From Pelagibacteraceae bacterium AG-430-P08 (GTDB taxonomy: Bacteria; Pseudomonadota; Alphaproteobacteria; Pelagibacterales; Pelagibacteraceae): 64,000 nt of DNA. Of this stretch, positions 17,631 to 30,033 are shown piece by piece; position 1 is the stretch's first letter; each line of letters begins with the position of its first letter. The stretch is from NCBI GenBank assembly GCA_003212925.1, contig QCOL01000001.1:69145-133144 (forward strand), written 5' to 3'. The notes beneath the pieces were generated by a model that was not told the origin of the DNA, searched no databases, and saw nothing but the letters and a program-made list of their open reading frames with translations. The position numbers were made by a program, and so were the translations under genes.

Positions 17631-18160
17631 TGAAAAATTGGTACATTGTTCAATCACACTCTAGTTTTGAGAATAAAGTTGCCGGTTTAATTAAAGAGGA
17701 AGCTGAAAAAGCAAAAATTTCTGATAAATTTGATGAAATCATTGTTCCCACTCATGATGTAACTGAAGTTAAAAGAGGAAAAAGAGTTCAAAGAAAAAAA
17801 AAATATTTTCCTGGTTACGTGTTAATAAAAAGTGAGATGGATAATAGTATTTACCACATGATCAAGAATATTAAGAGAGTGAGCGGTTTTTTGGGCACAA
17901 AAGGAATTCCAGTCCCAGTTTCTGATAAAGAAATAGAGAAAATTCTAGGGCAAATAAAAGATGGTGTGGCTCAACCAAAATCTGGTATAGAGTACAGCGT
18001 TGGTGAAAAGGTACAGGTAGTGGATGGACCCTTTGCATCATTTAGTGGAATGGTAGAGGGAATTGATGAAGAAAAATCTAGACTCAAGGTTTCAGTGTCT
18101 ATATTTGGACGTCCAACACCAGTTGAATTAGAATATAACCAAGTGGAGAAAACAAGTTAA
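17630..18160 (+). CDS. nusG: transcription factor NusG
   Basis: WYIV, FPGYVL, KOW domain [19 protein letters not shown]. Confidence 0.98.
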   Translation: MKNWYIVQSHSSFENKVAGLIKEEAEKAKISDKFDEIIVPTHDVTEVKRGKRVQRKKKYFPGYVLIKSEMDNSIYHMIKNIKRVSGFLGTKGIPVPVSDKEIEKILGQIKDGVAQPKSGIEYSVGEKVQVVDGPFASFSGMVEGIDEEKSRLKVSVSIFGRPTPVELEYNQVEKTS

Positions 18161-18591
18161 TGGCTACTAAAAAAGAAATAAGTGGATTTATAAAATTACA
18201 AATCAAAGGTGGACAAGCTAATCCTGCTCCCCCAGTAGGTCCAGCGTTAGGTCAACGTGGAGTTAACATCATGGAATTTTGCAAAGCATTTAATGATAAA
18301 ACAAAATCAATGGCTGGTAAACCAGTCCCGGTAGAAATTACAGTCTACAAAGATAAAAAATTTGATTTTAAAATAAAATCTCCTCCAGCATCATTTTTTA
18401 TTAGAGAGGCTGCAAAGTTAAAAAGTGGTTCACAAGAACCTGGTAGAAATATAGTAGCTTCAATAACCAAAAAACAAGCTGAAGAAATTGCTAAACAAAA
18501 AATGAGCGATTTAAATGCAATAGATTTAGAACAGGCAGTAAAAATAATAGCAGGATCTGCTAGATCCATGGGTATAGAGGTAAAAGAATAA
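18160..18591 (+). CDS. rplK: 50S ribosomal protein L11
   Basis: [21 protein letters not shown]. Confidence 0.98.
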   Translation: MATKKEISGFIKLQIKGGQANPAPPVGPALGQRGVNIMEFCKAFNDKTKSMAGKPVPVEITVYKDKKFDFKIKSPPASFFIREAAKLKSGSQEPGRNIVASITKKQAEEIAKQKMSDLNAIDLEQAVKIIAGSARSMGIEVKE

Positions 18592-19280
18592 TGTCATCAA
18601 AAAGATTTAAAAAATTACCAGAAAATACCTCTAGTTTTACGGCTGAGGTAATAGAAAAGTTATTACCACACATAAAAAAAAATTGTACAACTAAGTTTGA
18701 TGAGTCAGTCGATTTAAGTATTCAAATCAATAATAAACAAAAAAAAGGCGAAGTTAATATTAGAACAGTGGTTAACTTGCCAGGTGGTACAGGAAAAAAA
18801 GTAAAAGTTGCAGTTGTCTGCGAAGATGCAAAAGCTTCAGATGCCAAAGCAGCTGGAGCAGACATTGTTGGTAGTGATGACTTTATTGAAAAAATTAAAG
18901 GTGGAGAAATGAATTTTGAAAAGCTAATTTGTACTCCTGGAATGATGATTAAGCTTTCTAAACTAGGTAAAGTTCTGGGTCCGAAGGGTTTAATGCCAAA
19001 TCCTAAACTTGGTTCAGTTACAGAAAATTTAAAACAAGCTGTAACAGACGCAAAATCTGGTCAAGCAGAAATTAGAAATGATAAAGACGGAAATATTGGT
19101 GTTAGTATTGGAAAAAAATCATTTAGTGATGATAAGTTGTTAAAAAATTATAATGCAATTATTGAAACTCTTGAGAAAGAGAAAAGTAATAATACTTTTA
19201 AAGGAGATTTAATAAAGTCCGCTTTTATAACATCTACAATGGGTGTTTCCTACAAACTTAAATTAGGTAAGAATATATAG
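18591..19280 (+). CDS. rplA: 50S ribosomal protein L1
   Basis: KFDESVD, LGPKGLMPNPKLG, STMG. Confidence 0.98.
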   Translation: MSSKRFKKLPENTSSFTAEVIEKLLPHIKKNCTTKFDESVDLSIQINNKQKKGEVNIRTVVNLPGGTGKKVKVAVVCEDAKASDAKAAGADIVGSDDFIEKIKGGEMNFEKLICTPGMMIKLSKLGKVLGPKGLMPNPKLGSVTENLKQAVTDAKSGQAEIRNDKDGNIGVSIGKKSFSDDKLLKNYNAIIETLEKEKSNNTFKGDLIKSAFITSTMGVSYKLKLGKNI

Positions 19281-19284
19281 TTTT

Positions 19285-19806
19285 ATGATGAATAAAGATC
19301 AAAAAAAAAATTATATAACTGAAATGACAACACAGTTTGAAAACAGTAAAGCTGTAATGGTTACTCATTACCAAGGTTTAACAATGCCTCAATTAGATGA
19401 ATTAAGATCTAAAATGAGAGAACATGGTATTGTTTTTAAAATCACAAAAAATAGAATTACAAAATTAGCTTTAGAAAAAACTAAGTGCAAAGATCTCTCA
19501 AAATATTTTACTGGCCCAACTGCAGTTGCTTTTGGAGAGGACGCTATTATGTCAGCAAGAATCTTATCTAAATTTGCGAAAGATAACGAAAACCTCAAAT
19601 TAATTGGTGGACTGATGAATGATGAGATTTTAGATCAAGCAGGTGTATTAAATGTGGCTAGTTTACCAACGTTAGATGAAGCTAGAGCTAATATTGTGGG
19701 AATTTTGAACGCTTCTGCTTCAAAATTGGTAAGTATTTTGCTTGCACGATCAGAAAAAATGAGTAGTTTACCTGCAGAAAATTCTGAAAAACAACCTAAA
19801 GAGTAA
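19285..19806 (+). CDS. rplJ: 50S ribosomal protein L10
   Basis: YQGLT, KNRI, GPTAVAF, LPTLDE; synteny. Confidence 0.95.
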   Translation: MMNKDQKKNYITEMTTQFENSKAVMVTHYQGLTMPQLDELRSKMREHGIVFKITKNRITKLALEKTKCKDLSKYFTGPTAVAFGEDAIMSARILSKFAKDNENLKLIGGLMNDEILDQAGVLNVASLPTLDEARANIVGILNASASKLVSILLARSEKMSSLPAENSEKQPKE

Positions 19807-19811
19807 ATATT

Positions 19812-20069
19812 ATGCCTGATCTAAATAAAATTATTGAAGATTTATCAAATTTGACTGTCGCAGAGGCAGCTGATCTCTCAAAACAATTAGAGGAAAAATG
19901 GGGTGTAACTCCAATGGCAGCAGCAGCACCTGCAGCGGCAGGGGCAGCAGCAGCAGCAGAAGATAAAGATGATTTTACAATCATGTTGGTATCCTCTGGC
20001 GATAAAAAAATTAATGTTATCAAAGAAGTAAGAGCAGCAACATCACTTGGACTTAAAGTTACTGATTAA
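19812..20069 (+). pseudogene. rplL: 50S ribosomal protein L7/L12, C-terminally truncated as assembled
   Basis: N-terminal domain, Ala hinge and [18 protein letters not shown] are present, then VTD*; the conserved EAK..VE.AP...GAKVELK tail is missing. Confidence 0.85.
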
Positions 20070-20092
20070 TTTTATTAATCGGTATGACATAG

Positions 20093-23000
20093 ATGCAAAT
20101 ATCTTTTACTGAAAAGAAAAATATTAGAAAAAGTTTTGGTAAACTAAAAGAAAGTTTATCAATTCCAAATTTAATTGAGGTACAAAAAAATTCTTATAAT
20201 GAATTAACTCATTATAATGTTGATAATTCTGAATTAACTAAAGGCTTCGATAGAGTTTTTAAAAGTATTTTTCCAATTGAAGATCTAAACGATAAAGCGA
20301 CTTTAGAATATGTTTCATATAGATTAGAAAAACCTAAATTTGATGTAGAGGAATGTATTGCAAGGGGACTTACATACTCCTCAGCACTAAAATGTACTCT
20401 TAGACTAGTTGTATATGAAATTGATCAAGAGAATAATATTAAAGATATACTATCTGCGAAAGAACAAGAAGTATATATGGGTGAAGTTCCAATGATGACT
20501 GATAGTGGAACATTTATTACTAATGGAGTTCAAAGAGTTGTGGTTAACCAAATGCATCGAAGTCCAGGAGTGTTTTTTGATCACGATAAAGGAAAAACTC
20601 ATGCTAGTGGAAAGTTATTATTTAATTGTAGGGTAATTCCAAATAGAGGATCATGGTTAGATTTTGAGTACGATGTAAAAGATTTTTTGTATTTCAAGAT
20701 AGATAGAAAAAAGAAAATTTTTGCATCAACTTTGTTGCTTGCTCTAGGATACACTAAAAAAGATATAGTAAATGAATTTTATGAAAGCGAAAAATATACT
20801 TTTGATGTTCAATCTCAAAAATGGAAAACAAAATTTAATCCAGAAAACTATAGAGCAAAAAATTTTTCTGAAGAGGTTGTAGATGCAAAAAATGGTAAAG
20901 TTGTAATTAAATTAGGTGATAAAATAAATTACCTTAATGCAAAAAAACTTTCTAATGAGGGCTTAAAAGATATTTTAGTTTCAAAGGAATCTCTATACGG
21001 AAAATTTTTACATAGCGATGTAAAGATTAATGATGAGGAAAATGGAGTTTTTAAAATTGGTACTGAATTAAATGAGACTATTATAAATCAAATTCTTGAG
21101 GCAAAAATCTATTCGTTGGAAATTTCTGTTACAAATTCAATAAATAAAGGTGGTTATTTATTAACTACAATTTTCAACGATAAAAATAACACCAAAGACG
21201 AGGCTATTACAGAAATTTACAAAATGCTTAGACCTGGTGAACCACCGACAATTGAAATAGCTACACAAATTTTTAATAATTTATTTTTTAGCTCTGATAG
21301 ATATGACCTTTCAGATGTAGGAAGAGTAAAAATGAATTCTAGATTGAATCTTGAATGCTCTGATAAGATTACGATTTTAAGGAATGATGACATTCTTGCC
21401 ATCATTCATAAGATGTTAGATCTTAGAGATGGTAAAGATGATGTAGACGATATTGATCATCTAGGTAATAGAAGAGTTAGATCTGTTGGAGAACTAGTTG
21501 AAAACCAAGCACGAATAGGTGTTTACAGAATGGAAAGAGCAATTAAAGAAAAAATGACAACTTTAGATATAGAATCAGCTATGCCACAAGATTTGATAAA
21601 TGCTAAACCATTAACTGTTTCACTTAAAGATTTTTTCGCGAGTTCGCAGTTATCTCAGTTTATGGATCAAACAAATCCTTTGTCTGAAATTACACACAAA
21701 CGAAGAGTTTCAGCTTTAGGCCCAGGAGGTCTAACAAGAGAAAGAGCTGGGTTTGAAGTGCGAGATGTTCATCCAACTCATTACGGTAGAATTTGCCCAA
21801 TAGAAACACCTGAGGGTCCTAACATTGGTTTAATTAATAGTTTATCTACTTATGCAAAAATAAATAAGTATGGTTTTATAGAAAGTCCTTACAAAAGAGT
21901 TATAGATGGAATTGTTCAGAACGATGTTGAATATTTGTCTGCAATGGAAGAAACAAAATATACTATTGCACAGGCAAATACAAAATTAGATAAGAATAAT
22001 AAAATCATAGAGGAACTTGTCTCTTGTAGGCAAAATTTAAACTTTTTATTATCCAAACCCGAAACAATTGATTATATTGACGTATCTCCAAAACAATTAG
22101 TATCAGTCGCTGCATCATTAATTCCTTTTTTAGAAAATGATGATGCTAACAGAGCTCTTATGGGTTCTAACATGATGAGACAAGCAGTGCCTTTACTAAA
22201 ACCAGAAGCACCATTAGTTGGAACTGGAATTGAGAGTGATGTAGCTTTGGACTCAGGAGTAACAATTGTTGCAAAAAGAGATGGCGTAGTTGATAAAATT
22301 GATGGAAAAAGAATAGTTGTTAAAGTTACAGAGGAAACTGATTTTAGTAAATCTAGTGTTGATATATATAATCTACAAAAGTTTAAAAGATCTAATCAAA
22401 ACACTTGTATTAATCAGAGACCACTAGTTAGAGTTGGTGATAAAGTTAAGCGTGGTGATATAATAGCAGATGGTCCATCTACTAGTTTAGGGGAACTAGC
22501 TTTAGGAAAAAATGTGACTGTAGCCTTTATGCCATGGCAGGGTTATAATTTTGAGGACTCTATTTTGATTTCTGAAAGATGTGTAACAGATGATGTCTTC
22601 ACATCAGTTCACATAGTTGAATATGAAATAATGGCGAGAGATACTAAATTAGGCGAGGAAGAAATAACAAGAGACATTCCAAATGTTAATGAAGAAGCCC
22701 TTAAAAATTTAGATGAGTCAGGAATTGTTTATATTGGAGCTGAGGTAAATGCAGGTGATATTTTAGTTGGCAAAGTAACTCCAAAAGGTGACTCTGCATC
22801 AGGACCCGAGGAAAAACTTTTAAGATCAATATTTGGTGAAAAAGCCATAGATGTAACAGATACATCTCTAAGAATGTCCAGAGGAAGCAGTGGAACAGTT
22901 GTTGATGTAAAAGTTTTTAATAGGCATGGTATAGAAAAAGATGAAAGATCAATTACAATTGAAAGAGCTGAAATTGATCAAGTTCAACAAGATAAAATTG

Positions 23001-24181
23001 TTGAAGAGGAGATATTAGAAAGAAGTATTAAACAAAGAGCTTCACAAATATTATCTGGTTCATCTTTAGCAAAAAAAATAAAGAATCTAGACACTGGAAC
23101 AAAGTTAGACTTTGAAACTATTAACAATTTATCTATTAACGAAGTTTTTAAAATTACTGATGGTAATACTAAAAACGACGATGCGATTGCACAGTTAAAA
23201 GATCAATATAGTAAAGCTGAACAAGATATTATTGAAAGATTTGAGGATAAAGTTTTGAAAATTAGAAGTGGTGATGATCTTCTACCAAGTGTAATGAAAA
23301 TGGTAAAAGTTTTTGTTGCTATTAAAAGAAGATTAAGACCAGGTGATAAAATGTCAGGAAGACATGGAAACAAGGGTGTAGTTAGTAAAATTGTTCCGGT
23401 TGAAGATATGCCTTATAGAGAAGATGGTAGACCAGTAGACATTGTATTAAATCCTTTGGGTGTCCCAAGTCGTATGAATGTTGGTCAAATTTTGGAAACT
23501 CATCTAGGTTGGGCTTGCAAGGAATTTGGAGAAAAAATTAAAAATCTTGTTAATGAAAATCAAAAGAAATTAGAAAAAACTGAAAAAATATCTAAATTTT
23601 TAAAATCTGTTTTCGGTGATGAAACATATAGTCAAAAAGTTGATAAATTAACTAAAACAGAATTCGAGGATCTTTGTGAAAATCTTCAGAATGGTATAGC
23701 AATTTCAACTCCAGTATTTGATGGTGCTAAAGAAAAAGATGTAACTGAAATGTTAGAATTAGCAAATTTACCTGGATCAGGTCAAACTTTTTTGTGGGAT
23801 GGACGAACAGGTGAAAAATTTGACAGACCAGTTACTGTTGGAATTATTTATATGCTTAAGCTTCATCATTTAGTAGAGGATAAAATTCATGCTAGATCCA
23901 CAGGTCCATACAGTTTAGTTACACAACAACCATTGGGAGGTAAAGCTCAACTAGGTGGCCAACGTTTTGGTGAAATGGAGGTCTGGGCATTAGAAGCTTA
24001 TGGCGCGTCTTACACTTTACAGGAAATTTTAACAGTAAAATCTGATGATGTAGCAGGACGTGTTAAAGTTTATGAAACTATTGTTAAAGGTGAGGAAAAT
24101 TTTGAGTCTGGAATTCCGGAGTCCTTTAATGTTTTAGTTAAAGAAATTAAATCATTAGCATTAAATGTGGAGTTAAACTAA
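20093..24181 (+). CDS. rpoB: RNA polymerase beta subunit
   Basis: 1362 aa; [38 protein letters not shown]. Confidence 0.99.
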   Translation: MQISFTEKKNIRKSFGKLKESLSIPNLIEVQKNSYNELTHYNVDNSELTKGFDRVFKSIFPIEDLNDKATLEYVSYRLEKPKFDVEECIARGLTYSSALKCTLRLVVYEIDQENNIKDILSAKEQEVYMGEVPMMTDSGTFITNGVQRVVVNQMHRSPGVFFDHDKGKTHASGKLLFNCRVIPNRGSWLDFEYDVKDFLYFKIDRKKKIFASTLLLALGYTKKDIVNEFYESEKYTFDVQSQKWKTKFNPENYRAKNFSEEVVDAKNGKVVIKLGDKINYLNAKKLSNEGLKDILVSKESLYGKFLHSDVKINDEENGVFKIGTELNETIINQILEAKIYSLEISVTNSINKGGYLLTTIFNDKNNTKDEAITEIYKMLRPGEPPTIEIATQIFNNLFFSSDRYDLSDVGRVKMNSRLNLECSDKITILRNDDILAIIHKMLDLRDGKDDVDDIDHLGNRRVRSVGELVENQARIGVYRMERAIKEKMTTLDIESAMPQDLINAKPLTVSLKDFFASSQLSQFMDQTNPLSEITHKRRVSALGPGGLTRERAGFEVRDVHPTHYGRICPIETPEGPNIGLINSLSTYAKINKYGFIESPYKRVIDGIVQNDVEYLSAMEETKYTIAQANTKLDKNNKIIEELVSCRQNLNFLLSKPETIDYIDVSPKQLVSVAASLIPFLENDDANRALMGSNMMRQAVPLLKPEAPLVGTGIESDVALDSGVTIVAKRDGVVDKIDGKRIVVKVTEETDFSKSSVDIYNLQKFKRSNQNTCINQRPLVRVGDKVKRGDIIADGPSTSLGELALGKNVTVAFMPWQGYNFEDSILISERCVTDDVFTSVHIVEYEIMARDTKLGEEEITRDIPNVNEEALKNLDESGIVYIGAEVNAGDILVGKVTPKGDSASGPEEKLLRSIFGEKAIDVTDTSLRMSRGSSGTVVDVKVFNRHGIEKDERSITIERAEIDQVQQDKIVEEEILERSIKQRASQILSGSSLAKKIKNLDTGTKLDFETINNLSINEVFKITDGNTKNDDAIAQLKDQYSKAEQDIIERFEDKVLKIRSGDDLLPSVMKMVKVFVAIKRRLRPGDKMSGRHGNKGVVSKIVPVEDMPYREDGRPVDIVLNPLGVPSRMNVGQILETHLGWACKEFGEKIKNLVNENQKKLEKTEKISKFLKSVFGDETYSQKVDKLTKTEFEDLCENLQNGIAISTPVFDGAKEKDVTEMLELANLPGSGQTFLWDGRTGEKFDRPVTVGIIYMLKLHHLVEDKIHARSTGPYSLVTQQPLGGKAQLGGQRFGEMEVWALEAYGASYTLQEILTVKSDDVAGRVKVYETIVKGEENFESGIPESFNVLVKEIKSLALNVELN

Positions 24182-24183
24182 TT

Positions 24184-27100
24184 ATGAGTAAAGAATTAAC
24201 AGATTTGTTTAAAAATTCTGAGATTTTAGAAACTCAAAATTTTAATAGTATTAAAATTTCATTAGCTAGCCCTGAAAAAATTAAATCATGGACTTATGGA
24301 GAAATTAAAAAACCTGAAACAATAAATTATCGTACTTTTAGACCTGAAAAAGATGGATTGTTTTGTGCAAGAATATTCGGACCAATTAAAGATTACGAAT
24401 GTTTGTGCGGAAAATACAAACGTATGAAATTTAGAGGTATAATTTGTGAAAAATGTGGGGTGGAAGTAACAAAATCTAATGTTCGAAGAGAACGAATGGG
24501 TCATATCAATTTAGCAACTCCAGTTGCACATATTTGGTTTCTAAAATCTTTACCTAGTAGAATTGCTTTAGCGGTTGATATGAAGTTGAAAGAAATAGAG
24601 CGTGTATTATATTTTGAAAACTTTATTGTAATTGAACCTGGTTTAACAGGATTACAAAAAAACCAACTTCTTAATGAGGAAGAATTGGCAAAATATCAAG
24701 ATGAATTTGGTGAAGAAGCATTTACAGCTGGAATTGGAGCTGAGGCAGTTCTAGAAATGTTGAAAAATTTAGATCTAGAATTAGAGAGAAAAAATTTAGT
24801 TAATTACATAAAAGAAACGAAATCTAAAGTTAATGAAGAAAGAGCAATTAAAAGACTAAAATTAATAGAGTCATTCATTGAAACAGGTCAAAAACCTGAG
24901 TGGATGATAATGACAGTCGTTCCAGTAATTCCACCTGAATTGAGGCCTTTAGTTCCCTTAGATGGAGGAAGATTTGCTACTTCAGATTTAAATGATCTTT
25001 ATAGAAGAGTAATAAATAGAAATAATAGATTGAAAAGATTAATGGATCTTAAAGCTCCTGACATAATCGTAAGAAATGAGAAAAGAATGTTACAAGAATC
25101 TGTTGATGCTTTATTTGATAATGGAAGAAGAGGAAGAGTTATAACTGGAACTGGCAAAAGACCTCTTAAATCTTTAGCTGAAATGCTAAAAGGAAAACAA
25201 GGAAGGTTTAGACAAAATTTATTAGGTAAACGTGTTGATTATTCAGGAAGATCAGTAATTGTTGTTGGTCCTGATTTGAAGCTTCACGAATGTGGTTTAC
25301 CAAAAAAAATGGCTTTAGAATTATTTAAACCATTTTTATATGCAAGATTGAATAAGCTTGGTTTAGCTTCAACAATCAAACAAGCTAAAAAATTAGTTGA
25401 AAAAGAGACTAATGCTGTTTGGGATGCTTTAGAGCTGATAGTAAGAGAACATCCAGTTTTACTTAACAGAGCACCAACACTTCATAGACTAGGTGTTCAA
25501 GCTTTCGAACCTAAGTTAATAGAGGGAGACGCTATTGAATTACATCCATTAACTTGTGCAGCTTTTAATGCTGATTTTGATGGAGATCAAATGGCAGTAC
25601 ATGTTCCATTAAGTTTAGAGGCTCAACTAGAGGCTAGGATTTTAATGTTATCAACTAACAACATTCTATCACCGTCAAATGGCAAGCCAATCATAGTACC
25701 AAGTCAGGATATGATATTAGGTATTTATTATTTATCTCAAGAACCTTTGACAGATAAACCTTCAGGATATTTTGTTAATGCAGATCAAATTGAATTTGCA
25801 TTGTCTTCAGGTGAAATTAAAGTTCATAGCACTATCATCTCAAGATTTGAGACAATAGATGAAAAAGGTAATAAAAAATTTGAAAAATATACTTCAACTG
25901 CTGGAAGGTTTTTATTAGCTAATTTATTACCAAAAAATAAAGATATAAAATTCTCTTTAGTAGATAGATTATTGCCCAAAAAGGTTGTCTCAGAAGTAAT
26001 CGATATTGTATTTAGATTTTGTGGTCAAAAAACAACTGTAATATTCTGTGATAAATTAAAAGATTTAGGATTTAAACATGCATTCAAGGCTGGTATATCT
26101 TTTGGAAAAGATGATCTAGTTATACCTCAGAATAAAACTCAGTTAATAGATGATACCAAAAAATTAATTGCAGACTATGAAACACAATATGCTGAAGGTT
26201 TAATTACAAGAGGAGAAAAATACAACAAAGTTGTTGATGCTTGGTCGAAGTGTACTGATAAAGTTGCTGGAGAAATGATGAAGGGTATTTCAGCAACAGA
26301 AAAAACACCTGAGGGATTAAAAATAAATTCAGTATTCATGATGGCAGATAGTGGAGCAAGAGGCTCTGCAGCACAGATGAAGCAGTTAGCTGGGATGAGA
26401 GGATTAATTGCGAAACCATCTGGAGAAATTATTGAAAGTCCAATCACATCTAATTTTAAAGAAGGATTGACTGCACTAGAATACTTTAACTCTACTCATG
26501 GAGCTAGAAAAGGTTTAGCTGATACTGCTTTAAAAACAGCAAGTTCTGGCTACTTAACTCGAAGATTATGTGATGTTGCTCAAGATTTAACAGTAACAAA
26601 AAAAGAATGTGACTGTAAAAAACCTGGATTTATCGAACTTTCAGAAATTTTAGAAGGTGGTAATGTAGTTGTTAGTTTATCTGAAAGAGCTTTAGGGAGA
26701 GTTGCTTTTGATGATGTTAAACATCCAATCACCGGTGAAGTAATTATTAAAAAGTTATCAATGATTGATGAGACAGGATGTGATCAAATTGATGCCGCTG
26801 GCATAAAATCTGTAAAAGTATATTCTGTTATGACTTGTGGATCTAAAGAAGGGGTATGTGCAATATCTTATGGAAGAGATCTATCAAGAGGAAAAATGGT
26901 CCACGTAGGTGAAGCAATAGGAATGATCTCCGCTCAATCAATTGGTGAACCAGGTACACAATTAACTATGAGAACTTTCCACGTAGGTGGTACTGCTTCC
27001 GTAAAACAAGATTCTCAGATTGTAACTAAAAAAGAGGGAATTTTAAAAATAATTAATTCTAACATTTTAGAGGACTCGAAAAAAAATCTGATTGTAATGG

Positions 27101-28353
27101 GAAGAAATACTCAATTATCAATAGAGGATGATAATGGAGTTCAAATCGCAGTATATAAAGTTGCTTACGGTTCTAAATTATTTTTTAAAAATGGAGATAA
27201 AGTAAAATCAAATACAAAAATTTGTGAATGGGATCCCTACACAACGCCAGTCATTGCTGAGAAAAGTGGTATTGCTAGTTATGTTGACTTGATAGATGGA
27301 GTTTCAATTCAAGAAACAACTGATGATGCAACTGGAATTTCATCTAAATCAGTTGTAGATTGGAGATCACAATCAAAAAGCACAGACCTAAAACCGAGAA
27401 TTACTCTAAGAGATGAAAAAGGGAATGTAATTAAAAAAGCTGATGATAATGAAGCAAGATATTATTTAGTTCCAGACTCAATTTTATCAGTTAAAGATGG
27501 TCAAAAAGTATCTGCAGGTGATGTTATTGCAAGACTTCCAAAAGAAACAACTAAAACTAAAGATATAACAGGTGGTCTCCCAAGAGTTGCTGAACTATTT
27601 GAGGCAAGAAAAGCAAAAGATAGTGCAATTATAGCAGAAAATGATGGTCAAGTTATTTTTGGTAAAGAAGTTAGAGGAAAACAAAAAATTTCTATAGTAC
27701 CCGAAGACGGTACTGAACCATCTAATTATTTAATTCCAAAAGGTAAACACATTAATTTTAATCAGGGTGAAAAAATTAAAAAGGGTGAATATTTATTAGA
27801 TGGCCAACCTTTGCCCCATGATATTTTAAGAATAATGGGTATCAAAGATTTAACAGAGTATTTTGTAAATCAAGTTCAAGAAGTTTATAGACTTCAAGGT
27901 GTAATTATAAATGACAAACACATTGAGACTATATTAAGACAAATGTTGAAAAAAGTGGAGGTCAAGTCATCTGGAGACTCAACTTACTTGCCGGGAGAAA
28001 TTGTTGATAGAATTAAGTTTGATAATATGAATGAAAAATTGAAAGCAGAAAATAAAACTCCTGCTATTGGGGAAAGAGTTTTGATGGGTATTACTAAAGC
28101 CTCACTGCAGACAGAATCGTTTATCTCAGCAGCTTCGTTCCAAGAAACAACAAGAGTTTTAACTGATGCTGCAATTAAAGGTAAGGTTGATCCATTGAAT
28201 GGACTAAAAGAGAATGTAATTGTTGGTAGATTGGTTCCAGCAGGAACAGGTAATATAAAGAATAAATGGAACAAAAAAGCCTTAGAGGATGATAACAAAT
28301 TCTTGTCTGAACAAGAAAAAATTGAAGCTTCAGAAACCCAAGCAAATCAATAA
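24184..28353 (+). CDS. rpoC: RNA polymerase beta' subunit
   Basis: 1389 aa; [10 protein letters not shown] active site, Zn-binding Cys motifs. Confidence 0.99.
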   Translation: MSKELTDLFKNSEILETQNFNSIKISLASPEKIKSWTYGEIKKPETINYRTFRPEKDGLFCARIFGPIKDYECLCGKYKRMKFRGIICEKCGVEVTKSNVRRERMGHINLATPVAHIWFLKSLPSRIALAVDMKLKEIERVLYFENFIVIEPGLTGLQKNQLLNEEELAKYQDEFGEEAFTAGIGAEAVLEMLKNLDLELERKNLVNYIKETKSKVNEERAIKRLKLIESFIETGQKPEWMIMTVVPVIPPELRPLVPLDGGRFATSDLNDLYRRVINRNNRLKRLMDLKAPDIIVRNEKRMLQESVDALFDNGRRGRVITGTGKRPLKSLAEMLKGKQGRFRQNLLGKRVDYSGRSVIVVGPDLKLHECGLPKKMALELFKPFLYARLNKLGLASTIKQAKKLVEKETNAVWDALELIVREHPVLLNRAPTLHRLGVQAFEPKLIEGDAIELHPLTCAAFNADFDGDQMAVHVPLSLEAQLEARILMLSTNNILSPSNGKPIIVPSQDMILGIYYLSQEPLTDKPSGYFVNADQIEFALSSGEIKVHSTIISRFETIDEKGNKKFEKYTSTAGRFLLANLLPKNKDIKFSLVDRLLPKKVVSEVIDIVFRFCGQKTTVIFCDKLKDLGFKHAFKAGISFGKDDLVIPQNKTQLIDDTKKLIADYETQYAEGLITRGEKYNKVVDAWSKCTDKVAGEMMKGISATEKTPEGLKINSVFMMADSGARGSAAQMKQLAGMRGLIAKPSGEIIESPITSNFKEGLTALEYFNSTHGARKGLADTALKTASSGYLTRRLCDVAQDLTVTKKECDCKKPGFIELSEILEGGNVVVSLSERALGRVAFDDVKHPITGEVIIKKLSMIDETGCDQIDAAGIKSVKVYSVMTCGSKEGVCAISYGRDLSRGKMVHVGEAIGMISAQSIGEPGTQLTMRTFHVGGTASVKQDSQIVTKKEGILKIINSNILEDSKKNLIVMGRNTQLSIEDDNGVQIAVYKVAYGSKLFFKNGDKVKSNTKICEWDPYTTPVIAEKSGIASYVDLIDGVSIQETTDDATGISSKSVVDWRSQSKSTDLKPRITLRDEKGNVIKKADDNEARYYLVPDSILSVKDGQKVSAGDVIARLPKETTKTKDITGGLPRVAELFEARKAKDSAIIAENDGQVIFGKEVRGKQKISIVPEDGTEPSNYLIPKGKHINFNQGEKIKKGEYLLDGQPLPHDILRIMGIKDLTEYFVNQVQEVYRLQGVIINDKHIETILRQMLKKVEVKSSGDSTYLPGEIVDRIKFDNMNEKLKAENKTPAIGERVLMGITKASLQTESFISAASFQETTRVLTDAAIKGKVDPLNGLKENVIVGRLVPAGTGNIKNKWNKKALEDDNKFLSEQEKIEASETQANQ

Positions 28354-28383
28354 AAAAAACCAACTTAAACCATAGGTTTTAGT

Positions 28384-28411
28384 TTGACAAAGCCTAATTA
28401 ATAAGTAATTT
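28384..28411 (+). promoter_or_regulatory. putative sigma70 promoter of the str operon
   Basis: TTGACA (28384-28389), 16-bp spacer, TAATTT, just upstream of the structured leader. Confidence 0.5.
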
Positions 28412-28478
28412 GGCGTTGTTTTTGGTTGGAAGTAGTACTTATTTGATGTGCTAAACGCTGCCATAATTGTTCAGTCAG
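28411..28478 (+). ncRNA. rpsL leader, pseudoknot-capable cis-regulatory RNA
   Basis: TGGCGTTGTTT pairs with AAACGCTGCCA; inner hairpin TAGTAC/GTGCTA; TGGTTGGA can pair with downstream TTCAGTCA; an rpsL leader motif has been described in Pelagibacter. Confidence 0.6.
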
Positions 28479-28511
28479 TTATTTCATCAAAAATATAATT
28501 ATTTAAATTTT

Positions 28512-28883
28512 ATGCCTACAATTAACCAATTGTTAAGAAAAAAAAGAATTAAGCAAACTAAAAGGAACAAAGTTCCTGCATTGCAAAAACAACCTTTAAA
28601 GAGAGGTGTATGTGTTAAAGTGTATACAACTACTCCTAAAAAACCAAACTCAGCACTTCGAAAAGTTGCTAGGGTTAGATTATCTAATGGATTTGAGGTG
28701 ACAGCATATATTCCTGGTGAAGGACATAATCTACAAGAACACTCTGTCGTTTTAATAAGAGGTGGAAGAGTAAAAGATTTGCCAGGTGTTAGATATCATA
28801 TACTTAGAGGAAACTTGGATACACAAGGGGTTGCTAACAGAAAAAAAAGAAGATCACTATATGGAACTAAAAAAGGTAAGTAA
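28512..28883 (+). CDS. rpsL: 30S ribosomal protein S12
   Basis: MPTINQL start; [20 protein letters not shown]. Confidence 0.99.
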   Translation: MPTINQLLRKKRIKQTKRNKVPALQKQPLKRGVCVKVYTTTPKKPNSALRKVARVRLSNGFEVTAYIPGEGHNLQEHSVVLIRGGRVKDLPGVRYHILRGNLDTQGVANRKKRRSLYGTKKGK

Positions 28884-28885
28884 TA

Positions 28886-29356
28886 ATGTCTAGAAAAAAA
28901 TCTCAACCAAAAAAGAATGTTGTTCCTGATCCAAAGTTTAATTCAACCATAATTCCAAAATTAATAAACAATATAATGTATGATGGTAAAAGAGGTATAG
29001 CTGCTAAAATAGTATATGAGGCTATAGATAAGATTAAAACTAAATCAAAAGATGAACCAATAAATATTTTTAATGAGGCTATAAACAATATAAAACCGAC
29101 AGTTGAAGTAAGATCAAGAAGAGTTGGTGGTGCAACTTATCAGGTGCCAGTTGAAGTAAAAAGTAAAAGAGCGCAAGCACTAGCTATCAGATGGCTTGTT
29201 GAGTCAGCTAGAAAAAGAAAAGACAAAAATATGTCAGATAAAATTTTTAATGAACTATATGATGCGTATGAGAAAAAAGGTGCCGCTGTCAAAAAAAAAG
29301 AGGATGTTCATAAAATGGCTGAGTCAAATAAAGCTTTTGCACATTTTAGATGGTAA
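28886..29356 (+). CDS. rpsG: 30S ribosomal protein S7
   Basis: RRVGGATYQVPVEV, AESNKAFAHFRW. Confidence 0.99.
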   Translation: MSRKKSQPKKNVVPDPKFNSTIIPKLINNIMYDGKRGIAAKIVYEAIDKIKTKSKDEPINIFNEAINNIKPTVEVRSRRVGGATYQVPVEVKSKRAQALAIRWLVESARKRKDKNMSDKIFNELYDAYEKKGAAVKKKEDVHKMAESNKAFAHFRW

Positions 29357-29362
29357 AAAATT

Positions 29363-29977
29363 ATGGCTAGAACACATACATTAGATAAGTATAGAAATAT
29401 AGGTATCATGGCTCATATTGATGCTGGGAAAACAACCACTACTGAAAGAATTTTATATTACACCGGTAAAAGTCATAAAATTGGCGAGGTTCATGATGGT
29501 GCTGCAACAATGGATTGGATGGAGCAAGAACAAGAAAGAGGTATAACAATCACATCAGCTGCAACTACATGCTTTTGGCAAAACCACAGAATAAACATCA
29601 TAGACACTCCTGGTCATGTTGATTTTACAATCGAAGTAGAGAGATCATTAAAGGTTTTAGATGGCGCAGTAGCAGTTTTTGATGGAGTTGCAGGTGTAGA
29701 ACCTCAATCTGAGACTGTTTGGAGACAAGCTGACAAATATAAAGTGCCAAGAATTTGTTTTGTAAATAAATTAGATAGAACAGGAGCTGATTTTTTTCGA
29801 TGTGTTGATATGATTAAAGAGAGATTAGGTGCAAAACCATTAGTCATACAAGTTCCGATTGGTATTGAAGCTTCATTATCAGGTGTTGTTGATCTTGTTA
29901 AAATGAAAGCTCAGGTTTGGAAAAATGAAGCTTTAGGTGCAGAGTGGGAATATAAAGATATCCCAGAAGATTTAAAA
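29363..29977 (+). pseudogene. fusA: elongation factor G, 5' fragment (about 205 codons) ending at a rearrangement junction
   Basis: [23 protein letters not shown] are intact; homology ends at DIPEDLK and the ORF reads on to 30046 through antisense smpB. Confidence 0.9.
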
Positions 29978-30033
29978 CTAGCCTTTCTATTCAAACATAT
30001 TATTTTTAAACCAGAATTGGTTTTTTTGTTCAT
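29972..30033 (-). pseudogene. smpB: SsrA-binding protein SmpB, 5' fragment (20 codons)
   Basis: ATG coupled to the dapA stop (TAATG) gives [20 protein letters not shown], with the I..NRKA.F SmpB signature; dapA-smpB is the usual alphaproteobacterial order. Confidence 0.85.

Noticed and set aside
19915-19960. GCA-rich tandem repeat as a contingency locus
   Set aside because: It encodes the normal Ala-rich hinge of L7/L12.
20041-20092. Programmed frameshift or readthrough restoring L7/L12, or an rplL-rpoB fusion
   Set aside because: The missing residues are not encoded in any frame in the roughly 35 bp available.
28467-28511. Upstream TTG start for rpsL
   Set aside because: S12 begins MPTINQL at 28512; the extension overlaps the leader RNA.
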